A stretch of 24,643 nt of DNA, from contig CAYLXZ010000011.1 of NCBI GenBank assembly GCA_964388265.1, positions 1-24,643 of the forward strand, read 5' to 3'. The notes under the pieces are model-generated. The model had not been told where the DNA came from. It saw nothing but the letters and a program-made list of their open reading frames with translations, and searched no databases. This document shows, piece after piece, positions 8,814-17,805 of the stretch. The translations under genes were made by a program, and so were the position numbers. Each line of letters starts with the position of its first letter. Within the stretch, counting starts at the first letter, position 1. Source of the DNA: Candidatus Micrarchaeota archaeon (lineage in GTDB: Archaea; B1Sed10-29).

Positions 8814-9317
8814 ATGAAGTTACCAATATGCAGCCAAGACGCAGAAAAAGGACAACTCTGCACTGGATGTGAAGAAAAACTACAACAAGGAGAAATAAAT
8901 AAACTAGACGTAGAGTTAAGCAAGATACTCTACAAACTAAACAAGAAAAACACAATCTCCAACGAAGTAAATCTGATTAAGACTAAAGAACTTGAGGAAG
9001 ATCAGGTAATAGCTCTAGTGGAAGGAGATCCCTCCACACTCATAGGCAAAGGAGGAAGAATAATAAGAATGATCTCCGAGCAACTAGGCAAGGAAGTTAG
9101 AGTTGTAAAAAACGGTTCCGTGATACAGATAACCAACGACCTCATCACACCAGCAAGAGCCTGCGGCATAAACACACTATACAGAGAAAACGGAGAAACC
9201 GAGAAATACATCACCGTACCCAGAGAACACAAGAGCAGGATCAATATAGACTTGGGAAAAGCAAGAAAAGCACTTAACAAAATCGCAGAAGAAGAATACG
9301 GCTTGAAGTTCATTTAA
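8814..9317 (+). CDS. archaeal NusA-like KH-domain protein
   Basis: N-terminal MKLPIC...LCTGC; KH motif LIGKGGRII; ITPAR.CGINTLY. Confidence 0.85.
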   Translation: MKLPICSQDAEKGQLCTGCEEKLQQGEINKLDVELSKILYKLNKKNTISNEVNLIKTKELEEDQVIALVEGDPSTLIGKGGRIIRMISEQLGKEVRVVKNGSVIQITNDLITPARACGINTLYRENGETEKYITVPREHKSRINIDLGKARKALNKIAEEEYGLKFI

Positions 9318-9332
9318 CAAACAGGTGATTGA

Positions 9333-9737
9333 ATGAAGAAGATAACCTTCTCAACAGATAAAGAGATGGAGATCATACAGCTAACCAATAAAATAAAGAA
9401 AGAAATCAAGGACATAGATGTAGAGAAAGGGTTAATCCATATCTTTGCTCCTCACGCCACTGGAGCAATCATAATAAATGAATCAGCAGATCCAAAAGTA
9501 CAGGAAGATATAATAAATAAACTAAAAGACCTTTTCCCAAAGGGAGCTGGATACAAACATGATCTAGTGGATGGTAACGCCCACTCACACCTCATGTCCA
9601 CGTTCCTCGGATGCAGCGAAACCATACCAATCAAAGATGGAGAGATACAGCTTGGAACATGGCAAGATATATCCTTCGTGGAAACAGATGGGCCAAGAAC
9701 AAAGAGAAATGTGTATATACAGGTTATTGAGAAATAA
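9333..9737 (+). CDS. yjbQ: YjbQ / UPF0047 family protein
   Basis: PHATGAIIINE, YKHD..DGNAHSHL, LGTWQ.I.FVE.DGPR.R. Confidence 0.93.
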   Translation: MKKITFSTDKEMEIIQLTNKIKKEIKDIDVEKGLIHIFAPHATGAIIINESADPKVQEDIINKLKDLFPKGAGYKHDLVDGNAHSHLMSTFLGCSETIPIKDGEIQLGTWQDISFVETDGPRTKRNVYIQVIEK

Positions 9738-9751
9738 ATTTTAGGCACTAC
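9737..9751. repeat. AATTTTAGGCACTAC repeat, copy 1
   Basis: Same 15-mer at 10326-10340; 13-mer core at 10381-10393 and 12994-13006. Confidence 0.9.
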
Positions 9752-9811
9752 GCTTTAAGGTTAATCCAAAGTATTATATTAGAAAATCTTTTTTCTAAAC
9801 CAGTGATTCAG

Positions 9812-10327
9812 ATGACTGGAAAAAAAGATTTAGGGGGAAAATTCGATGAACTAGTCTTAAGAGAGGTATGGGGCGAAGAGGCAGAGGAATATCTTGAAAA
9901 ATACGATGGAGATCCGACAAAATCTCTAGATGCGGCGCATTTAGATGAAATACGTTCCCAAGAAGAGATTGAGGAACTCCTTGAAAAATACGACCAGGAC
10001 ATAGTAAAAGCGTTTAACGCTGCAATGCTCGAAGAAAAATACCCTAGAGAAGCAGATGAATACCTTGAAAAATACGATGGAGATCCAATAAAAGCTCTTG
10101 ATGCAGCTGACTTACATCACGAATACCCTGAAAAGGCTGAGCAATACCTCGAAGAATACAATGGAGACCCAAAGAAGGCGTGGATCGCAGCTCTCTTGGA
10201 ACATGAATACCCAGAAGAAGCTGAAAAACTACTTGAAAAATACAATGGAAATATAGTGAAAGCTCATAGCGCTGCAAGCTTAAAGGAAGAGTACCCTGAG
10301 AAGTACAGGGAATTAATGAAAGAGTAA
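9812..10327 (+). CDS. acidic helical tandem-repeat protein (five ~28-aa repeats)
   Basis: Repeats of YPEEAExYLEKYDGDPxKAxxAAxL; ATG at 9812 follows SD GTGAT. Confidence 0.8.
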   Translation: MTGKKDLGGKFDELVLREVWGEEAEEYLEKYDGDPTKSLDAAHLDEIRSQEEIEELLEKYDQDIVKAFNAAMLEEKYPREADEYLEKYDGDPIKALDAADLHHEYPEKAEQYLEEYNGDPKKAWIAALLEHEYPEEAEKLLEKYNGNIVKAHSAASLKEEYPEKYRELMKE

Positions 10328-10393
10328 TTTTAGGCACTACATAAACTTTTTCGAAAAGAAAAAGTTTGCAAAAAACTTGGTTTTAGGCACTAC
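10326..10393. repeat. two TTTTAGGCACTAC copies enclosing a 10-bp inverted repeat
   Basis: Copies at 10326-10340 and 10381-10393; hairpin AAACTTTTTC(10343-52)-GAAAA-GAAAAAGTTT(10358-67). Confidence 0.85.
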
Positions 10394-10408
10394 TCTTTCT
10401 TTTTATCT

Positions 10409-13400
10409 TTAAACCGCTTGTATTTCATGTACCCTCTCTTCACCATCACGAGCGTAGATTACTTTCCACACTGGAACCAGCACTGGCTCCACGTTATCTA
10501 GATTGCAATCCATGTAGAGTGAGGGTAGTTGAGCTAGTTTATCTTCATCTACTTCTGTTTCTATGTTTTCTTTGACTGTGTGGAATGTGAATCTGTTTTC
10601 TATTCCTGTGAATTTAGGGTCATCCAGGTCTTCAGGTAGATCTATGGTTCTTTGGTACCTTCCGTCTCCGGTTTCCTGGATCAAGTTCTTCTCTTTGAAT
10701 TCCTTGATGTAGTTCCTTACGGTCTGTCGTGTTACATCTACTTTCTCTGTTAATTCACTTAAGTTATGAGCGTTCTTAAGAATCTGTAGCGTGTTTACCT
10801 TGTTTTTGTTCAAATCAAGTATCTGTTTCAGTGTGTCTGTTTGTTTGAGGTCTCCGTCCGTGTAGTACAGTGAGTAGTTGTTTCCTACTATGATGGAAAG
10901 GGGTTTGAATCCTTTGCTGAGTTTTTTCTCGTAGTTTACTTTGTAGGCTACTTTGTAGGTTAGCTCTAGGTTTTTTATTTCTTCTGATTCTCCGAATAAC
11001 CCTAGTTTCTTCTTTTTTCTTTTCTTGTTAGCTATCTGTTCTGCTTTCTCTTCATCTATCCTTGGTTGGAACGCCTTCACTTCTTTTCCTTTGACTTCTA
11101 GGTCTTGTTTTTCTTCGAATTTAGGTACCTGTAGTTTTCCGTCGACCAAGTTGCAGTTTTTCTCGGTTGTGAGTTTATCCACTACTTTGTCGGAGTCTAT
11201 CTCTATGTCGTAGCGTCTTGACATCAGGTCAGTTATTTCATCTATTCTGGATAGAGGTATTTCCCCTGTTTCTTGAAGTTTCTGGTAGGATAGATCCACG
11301 ACCATTCCCATAACTTTCTCTGGATCGGTTTCTTCGTCTAGTTCAACGCTCTGTGTTTCTCTTCCTTCATGTTGACTTAGCCTTGGTCTTACTTTTATTG
11401 GGAAGGCTCTGTCGGTTTCTTCGGATCTGTCTCCGACTAATGCAACTCCTACTGGTAGGTCTTTGAAGAATTCTTCTTCCTTGTATTCGCTTGGAACTTT
11501 TGTAGGTATTCTTTTCTGAACTTCTTTTATATCTTTGTCGAATATGAGTTTATGGCTCATCAGGATATCCATCTGTGACATTACTTTGGTGTCTATAGCG
11601 CTAGGTTGCTGTGTTGCTAGCACCATGCTGCATCCTGGTCTACGTCCTTGTTTAACGTACTCTATTATTGGCTCGGTGGCTGCTGTTTTTGATGATCCTG
11701 ATGGAACGAGTGTGTGTGCTTCGTCTATGAATATCCAGGTTGGTGGGATCTCTACATCCATTAGTTCGTCTATTGATTCTAGTTCGTATTTGTCCATTGC
11801 GGCTTTTCTTGTAACTATTTTCCTTGCGTTCAGCACTTTCCTGGCTAGTATGCCTATGACTAGTGAGGCTACGTTTTCTTCTAGGAATGAGGTGTCTATG
11901 ACTGAGACTTTTCCTTCTTGAGCTATTTCTGCTAGGCTGGTTCCTGTTTCTGAGAGTACTCCCCAGTTCTTAGCGGCTTCGAACCTTGATATCAGGGCTC
12001 TTCTGGTTCCTTTGGTGTATCCTTCTTCCTTGCTGGTTAGTTCTTCGTTGTTTCGAATTGTTTCTATTAGGTCCCTGATGCTGTAGTTGTTTTTCTTCTG
12101 TTCGGTCTTCTCTATTGCTTTCTCTAGCAGCAGTCCAGTTGGTGAGAACCTCTTCAGGTCGAAAGTTAGGCACCAGTCGTCTGTGGTGAGTTCGCTTGGT
12201 CTTATGGAGAATAGCTTGTCGTAGGTGTCGCTTGGAACCTCGTCCTTCAGTCCTAGTGGTATGAATACCTCTGTTTCCTCTATTCCACGTGGCTCGAGAC
12301 CCCATTCTCCAAGCATCTCGATCTCTTCGTTCTCCTTGTTCGGTTGGTTCATGCTCCAGAATATACCTATGGGGTCTATTATGATTGAAGCAACGTTAGG
12401 GTTACGTATTGTTAACTCCTCGGCTATACAGGCCGCGGAATAGGAGTTGTGTGATATTACTCCACCATTATCTCCTGCTATGAAGTTATGTGTTCCTTTT
12501 ACCGTTATATCGTATACATATCCTTGGTAGGGAACTTCTTTTATTTCAGTGATTTTGTCCCAGTAGATACTGCTCTTTGCTAGTTTTTCTAATTCTTCTA
12601 TTTTACCTCGGCTTTTCTGGAGTTTCTTGCTGTATGTTTGTCTCAGTTCTTCTGTGAGTGCTTTCATTTGGTTTTTGTCTACTTTACCGAGAAGTTCTTT
12701 TCCTGAGGCTGAAGTGATGTTGAATTTATCTATAAGGTTTTTCCAGGTAATGTTGGTGGATTCCACTGCTTTTATTATTGTTTTATCTTTTGAGTTATTT
12801 TCTAAGTTGTTTTTTATGTTTTTCATCTTTTCTAGGTGTTTTTTACAGTTTTCAAGGATTTTAAGGAGCATTTTTCTGCTTGGGTAGTAGTCTTCTCTTT
12901 CGTAGCTGAAGATTGTGGATCTTGATTTATTTGGTGATATGTCTTTGCCTTTTATTCCAAGGGTTTCTCTTAACTCTTTTAGTTGGGAACCGATTTTAGG
13001 CACTACATCGAAGTTTGGATTGGATTCCTTTTCAAGGTGTTTGCCTAGTCTTCTTGACTTTTTCTGTATTTTGAAGCCTATTTCTTTTTGGAATTGCTGT
13101 AAATTGTTTTTTCCATTTATCTCAATTGAGTAGTATTTTCTCTTGATCTGTTTTTCAGTGTTGGTTGCGCATTTTTCTTTTTTTGTAACGGAGGACTGTA
13201 TATTAAACCTAAGAAGGAGGTAAGATAATTTGTTAGCTATTTTTTCACTTGCTGTAGAAATTTCTATTAAGGGTCTTGTTTTTGATACATAAGCTTCACA
13301 GTCACAGTAGGTTCTAAGGAATGTCCTCACTGTCTCGTTGTCGCTTTTCACTATGGGGGTAGGGATATCTTTTTCTCGAGATTTTGTTCCTGGTTTGAAC

Positions 13401-14300
13401 CCTGTTTCTTTTAGGATTCTTTCCAGGGGTCGAGAGTCTATGTAGTAGTCGTTGGTCTTTGTTTCTTTGGGCTTTAATCCGAATAGTTCTTGGGTGAGTT
13501 TCTTGTATTCTTTGGTTAGTGTTTCATCTTGGTTTGTGAATATTGTTCTATATGTGCGTCCGGTATCTTGATCTGTTCCTTCTGCTATGATGTATGCTAG
13601 GAATTTAGCGAATTTTTCATTAATTTTTTTAGGAATCTTGATTGGTTTAGAGTTGCTGGATAGTCTTTGGTAGTTGTTGTCGAAGGAATTGGTTTTCTTC
13701 TGGTTTAGTATGTATTTGGCGTGGGAGGGCGATGAAGTCCTCTTCTTTAAGTTTCTCTGTTTCTTTCCATGTTGTTTTCTCGTTTATTGTAAGGAGAGGA
13801 TGTGTTTTCGTGGTTGTTATCTCTTTACCTGTCTTTGTCTTGATCTTTATTAATTTCTCATTTACTTTCTTCCTGTAAACATGTGTGATTTCTTTTGTTG
13901 TGGTTTTAAAATCTTCATTGAGAGCAGGAATTTTTATTTCTTCGTTTGATTTCACAAGTTTTTCTTTTTCTGTATCCTGAACAACTGTTCCTGTTCCTTC
14001 TACATTTTTGAATATATCTTCTATCTTCTTTAGTTCTCCAGATTCTGTTAGAACTTTTTCCCCGGGTTTCAAGCATTTTCCACTGCCTCTAGCTCCGAAT
14101 ATCCCTACTACATGTGGGGAAACCGCGTCCATGTATATGTGTTGACCGTAGTTCTCCGTGTCAACTGATTTACCTAGTAATAGAGCTCCGTCTTCCCCGT
14201 ATTCATCGTGGATAGAGCTCTTTCTCCCTATGTAGCCTTTGGATTCATCATCCTCCAGAATATCCAGATCTTCATCTGTTCTAGCCTTGAAGTCACTCAT
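10409..14300 (-). CDS. HerA/FtsK-like (DUF87) ATPase with C-terminal winged helix; intein-containing and frameshifted (joins ORFs 13647-14309 and 10409-13351)
   Basis: Walker A GARGSGK|intein|SYS; IIDPIG; Walker B IFIDEAH; KQGRRPG.SMVLATQQP; wHTH LSELTEKVDVTRQTVRNYIKEF. Spliced length is about 753 aa from ATG 14300. Confidence 0.85.
12446..14075 (-). mobile_element. intein with LAGLIDADG homing endonuclease and HTH insertion
   Basis: Starts CLKPGEKV; block B ITTTKTHPLL; LAGLIDADG motifs FLAYIIAEG (upstream of the ORF-track start, same frame) and FLRTYCDCEA; ends VYDITVKGTHNFIA...ISHN followed by Ser. Length 1630 nt = 3n+1. Confidence 0.93.
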
Positions 14301-14394
14301 CTCAATCACTTAAGATAAAGGGAATCCATCCTTAAAATTCAAAGGGTTTATTTAACGTGGGTACTTTTAACTAAATGGAAAAGAAGGGTATAAT

Positions 14395-14748
14395 ATGATA
14401 ACCAAGATGCCGAAGTACATGAAGTGGGCGAAGATAACAAGCCTTCTAGCCAGTGGATTAATCACACTATGGATACTCATAGTGTTCTGGGGATGGCTAA
14501 CACCAGCCACGTTCTGGCAGAAAGTAGCAGGATTCCTCTTATCACTAGCAGGAGGAGGAGTAATATTCGTATTCCTACACTTCCTATTCATGATGTCTAT
14601 AGGCCTACTCATAGCACGGAGAATGAAGAAAAAGATGATGCAGGGTTTCCAGATGCCACAGCAACCAGAACAACTAGAAGAACTCAATGAAGGAGAACCA
14701 GGCGAAGGATCTGGAGACGAAGACGAAGAAGGAACGATGTTCCAGTAA
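14395..14748 (+). CDS. two-TM membrane protein with acidic C-terminal tail
   Basis: Two long hydrophobic segments, then EELNEGEPGEGSGDEDEE; divergent from the ATPase. Confidence 0.7.
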   Translation: MITKMPKYMKWAKITSLLASGLITLWILIVFWGWLTPATFWQKVAGFLLSLAGGGVIFVFLHFLFMMSIGLLIARRMKKKMMQGFQMPQQPEQLEELNEGEPGEGSGDEDEEGTMFQ

Positions 14749-14749
14749 C

Positions 14750-15223
14750 TTACCCTTTAGACATAGCCACAATCGCATCTCTACGAGTCACTATCCCAAC
14801 TAACTCACCGTTAACCACGGGTATATGGTTGATATCCCTATCCGACATCGCCTCCGAAACATCAGACAAAGAATCATCCCTGGAAACACAGAAAACATCC
14901 CTAGTCATCAACTCCCTGACCTCAGTGCACAGGAACTTCTTGATCTTCCGAGTAGGAAAACTCTTCTTCGCACTAGCAATATCATCCAAAGCAGTGAGAG
15001 TGTCAAAAGTGGAAGAGAGCTTTCTGTCAACCAACCTAGTAGAAAGATTCTCCTGAAAGTACTCCAAGAAATCAGATTCAGTTACCATACCAACGACTTC
15101 ACCGTCCTCAACAACAGGAGCACCCGAGATCCCCTTGTCAGCCAACCTAGAAAGAGCATCTTCAACACAAGTATCAGGTGAAAGAGTAACCACGTCACCC
15201 GTCATGAAATCCTTTACCTTCAT
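14750..15223 (-). CDS. CBS domain pair protein
   Basis: MKVKDFMT.DVVT...ISGAPVV...VVGMVTESD and VRELMTRDV...INHIPVV.GELVGIVTRRD; start reset to ATG 15223 because the longer ORF overlaps argS. Confidence 0.92.
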   Translation of the reverse strand: MKVKDFMTGDVVTLSPDTCVEDALSRLADKGISGAPVVEDGEVVGMVTESDFLEYFQENLSTRLVDRKLSSTFDTLTALDDIASAKKSFPTRKIKKFLCTEVRELMTRDVFCVSRDDSLSDVSEAMSDRDINHIPVVNGELVGIVTRRDAIVAMSKG

Positions 15224-15279
15224 ACCAACACCAAGATATATAACAAACACCACATTTAAATAACCTGGACGGGACCCAG

Positions 15280-16989
15280 ATGAACGTATATGAAGAGACT
15301 GTGGAATCAATAAAAACAGAACTCGAAGAAGCAACAGGCCTCGAACTCAGAGAAAAAGACCTAGATAAACCGCCAGACCCATCACTCGGCTACATATCAA
15401 CCAACATAGCATTCAAGTCATCAGAACAAAGATCCAAGGACCCAGCCCAAGAAGCCCAAAGAATAGCCGGAGAAATAGATCCAGAGAACATCTCCGAGGT
15501 AAACACCAAAGGACCCTACATCAACTTCAAACTAGATAGATCAAAATACTACCCAAGAACCATAAAAGAATCCAAGAAACCCAACTACGGATCAAGCTCC
15601 GAAGGACAAGGAAAAACCATAATCATAGACTACTCATCCGTCAACATAGCCAAGCCATTTCACATAGGACACATGAGATCCACAGCAATAGGACAAGCGC
15701 TCAAAAACACCTACGAACACCTAGGATACCAAGTAAAATCCGTGAACCACCTAGGAGACTGGGGAACACAGTTCGGAAAAGTCATAACAGCCTACCTGAA
15801 ATGGGGAGACAAAGAAAAACTCGAAGAAAACCCATTAGAATACCTATACGAACTTTACGTCAAGTTCCATGAAGAAGCCGAAGAAAACTCAGATCTAGAA
15901 GACGAAGCAAGAGAACACTTCAAAAACCTCGAACAAGGAAAACAAAAAGAAACAGAGCTATGGGAAAAATTCAGAGAAATAAGCCTAAATAAACTGAAAC
16001 AAACATACAGCAGACTCAACATAACATTCGACTCATACAAAGGAGAAGCCCACTACGTCAGGACAGGCAAAGCCAAAGAAATGGTGAAAGAATCTCTAGA
16101 GAAGAATATAGCTAGAAAAGAGGAAGATGGATCCATCGTTATCCCCCTTGAAGAACAAGAATTAACCAACTTCCTTATAAGAAAAAAAGACCAATCCACA
16201 CTCTACTCCACCAGAGACCTCGCAGCAGCTAAAGACAGATGGAAAAACCATCAATTCCACAAAAACCTCTACGTAGTAGGATCAGAACAACAACTTCACT
16301 TCAAACAGCTATTTAAATCACTAGAACTGCTAGGATACGACTGGAACAACAAATGTGAACATGTCTCCTACGAACTAGTAAACCTACCAGAAGGCAGCAT
16401 GTCAACAAGAGAAGGAAAAATAGTAAAACTAGAGGATCTTCTCAATGAAGCCAGAGAAAGGTCACTAAAAGCAATCAAAGAGAAAAACCCAGAGCTAGAA
16501 GCCAAAGAAGAAACAGCCGATGAAGTGGGAAAAGCAGCAGTGAAGTTCATCAACCTAGACCAAAAAAGAAACAAAAACCTTAAATTCGAATGGGAAAAAG
16601 CACTAGACTTCGAAGGAGACACAGGACCCTACCTACAGTACGCACACACCAGAGCAAACGGAATAATGAACGAAGTAAACCAAGAAAACCTACCAAAAAA
16701 AACTAATACAGATCTATTGACCCATGAACACGAAGAAAGACTAATAAAGAAACTATCGGAGTTCCCATCAACAGTGAAAGAAGTCAAAGACAAGAAAGAA
16801 CCCCAAGTAATGACCAGGTACCTCCTGGACCTATCCCACAGATTCAGCGACTTCTACCAAAACTGCCAGGTGAAGAACGCCGAAACAAAGAAATTAAAGA
16901 AAGCACGAATAGAATTAGTTAAAGCATTCAAAAACACACTAGCCAACGGACTTGAACTCCTTGGAATAAACCCACTCAAAGAAATGTAG
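15280..16989 (+). CDS. argS: arginine--tRNA ligase
   Basis: DYSSVNIAKPFHIGHMRS (HIGH), NHLGDWGTQFG, LYSTRDLA, MSTREG, FEGDTGPYLQYAHTR; ends PLKEM. Confidence 0.97.
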   Translation: MNVYEETVESIKTELEEATGLELREKDLDKPPDPSLGYISTNIAFKSSEQRSKDPAQEAQRIAGEIDPENISEVNTKGPYINFKLDRSKYYPRTIKESKKPNYGSSSEGQGKTIIIDYSSVNIAKPFHIGHMRSTAIGQALKNTYEHLGYQVKSVNHLGDWGTQFGKVITAYLKWGDKEKLEENPLEYLYELYVKFHEEAEENSDLEDEAREHFKNLEQGKQKETELWEKFREISLNKLKQTYSRLNITFDSYKGEAHYVRTGKAKEMVKESLEKNIARKEEDGSIVIPLEEQELTNFLIRKKDQSTLYSTRDLAAAKDRWKNHQFHKNLYVVGSEQQLHFKQLFKSLELLGYDWNNKCEHVSYELVNLPEGSMSTREGKIVKLEDLLNEARERSLKAIKEKNPELEAKEETADEVGKAAVKFINLDQKRNKNLKFEWEKALDFEGDTGPYLQYAHTRANGIMNEVNQENLPKKTNTDLLTHEHEERLIKKLSEFPSTVKEVKDKKEPQVMTRYLLDLSHRFSDFYQNCQVKNAETKKLKKARIELVKAFKNTLANGLELLGINPLKEM

Positions 16990-16997
16990 GTGATCAA

Positions 16998-17213
16998 ATG
17001 AACCAAAAACTACTGAAAAAAAAGGCAGAAGGCGTCATAGACCGAGAAGCAAGCGAATCCGACTTCGAACCAGAACACAGAGAAAAAGCACTAAAGAAAC
17101 TGAAAAAAGCAATCGAAGAAGGACAAGTAAAAAGATTCCAAGACCTAAAGAACAAAGCAAACTCAATACTCGCAGACATAGCCAAGGAAGAAGACATAGA
17201 GTTCTACGATTAA
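16998..17213 (+). CDS. hypothetical protein (71 aa, charged, helical)
   Basis: SD AGGTGA; fills the argS-tRNA gap with 8-bp and 7-bp spacers. Confidence 0.65.
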   Translation: MNQKLLKKKAEGVIDREASESDFEPEHREKALKKLKKAIEEGQVKRFQDLKNKANSILADIAKEEDIEFYD

Positions 17214-17220
17214 AGAAAAA

Positions 17221-17293
17221 GGGTCCGTAGCCTAGTGGATAGGGCAACGGCCTTCTAAGCCGTAGGTCGTGGGTTCAAATCCCACCGGGCCCG
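17221..17293 (+). tRNA. tRNA-Arg(TCT)
   Basis: Acceptor stem GGGTCCG/CGGGCCC plus discriminator G; anticodon arm ACGGC-CTTCTAA-GCCGT; T arm GTGGG-TTCAAAT-CCCAC. Confidence 0.95.
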
Positions 17294-17304
17294 CTGGTGA
17301 AACC

Positions 17305-17805
17305 ATGTACCTCAACAAAGAAAAAATAAAGAAAAAGATAAATAAAGAAAACCTAATAGAAGACTACATCCACCTAGACACACAACTAGGAGAAAAAAAC
17401 TTCGACCTAACAGTATCAGAAATAAAAGAAATCAAAGAAAAAGGAAAAGTAGACTTCAGCAACGACGAAAGACACATCCCAGACACCAACTCCCTACAAC
17501 CAAGAAAAAAGAACCCAGAAGACGACTACGGATGGTGGATCCTGCCACCAGGAAACTACGTTGGAAGAACAAATGAAACAATCAACATACCGGAAAAAAC
17601 AGTCGTAATACAACAACCAAGACTCACACTCACCAAATCAGGAATAGACATGTCCACCAGGCTCTACACAGGAAAAGACAAGATCCAACCCGAATTCCAC
17701 TTCTCAGTAACAAACAAAGAAGGATTCGAAGTCAAAGAAAACGCCCGAGTACTAGAAATCTACTTCCTAAAAGGACAGGAAAAGAAATTCGGAGGCCTAG
17801 AATAA
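17305..17805 (+). CDS. trimeric dUTPase/dCTP deaminase family homolog, degenerate motifs
   Basis: FDLTV, GKVDFSNDER, WWILPPGNY, NETINIP, ENARV; ATG 17305 after GGTGA (the ORF-track start lies inside the tRNA). Confidence 0.8.
   Translation: MYLNKEKIKKKINKENLIEDYIHLDTQLGEKNFDLTVSEIKEIKEKGKVDFSNDERHIPDTNSLQPRKKNPEDDYGWWILPPGNYVGRTNETINIPEKTVVIQQPRLTLTKSGIDMSTRLYTGKDKIQPEFHFSVTNKEGFEVKENARVLEIYFLKGQEKKFGGLE

Noticed and set aside
9737..10393. TTTTAGGCACTAC copies as a CRISPR array
   Set aside because: Repeats are only 13-15 bp, spacing is irregular (589 and 53 bp), and no cas genes are present.
10409..13351. 980-aa ORF as a stand-alone gene starting at GTG 13351
   Set aside because: The start falls between the two LAGLIDADG motifs, the frame is open to 13783, and Walker A is in the upstream ORF. 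Kept only as the split-intein alternative.
15224..15334. N-terminal extension of the CBS ORF
   Set aside because: It overlaps argS and the divergent promoter; CBS similarity starts at MKVKDFM.
17269..17304. ORF-track N-terminal extension MGSNPTGPAGET
   Set aside because: It is a translation of the tRNA-Arg 3' half; ATG 17305 has its own SD.
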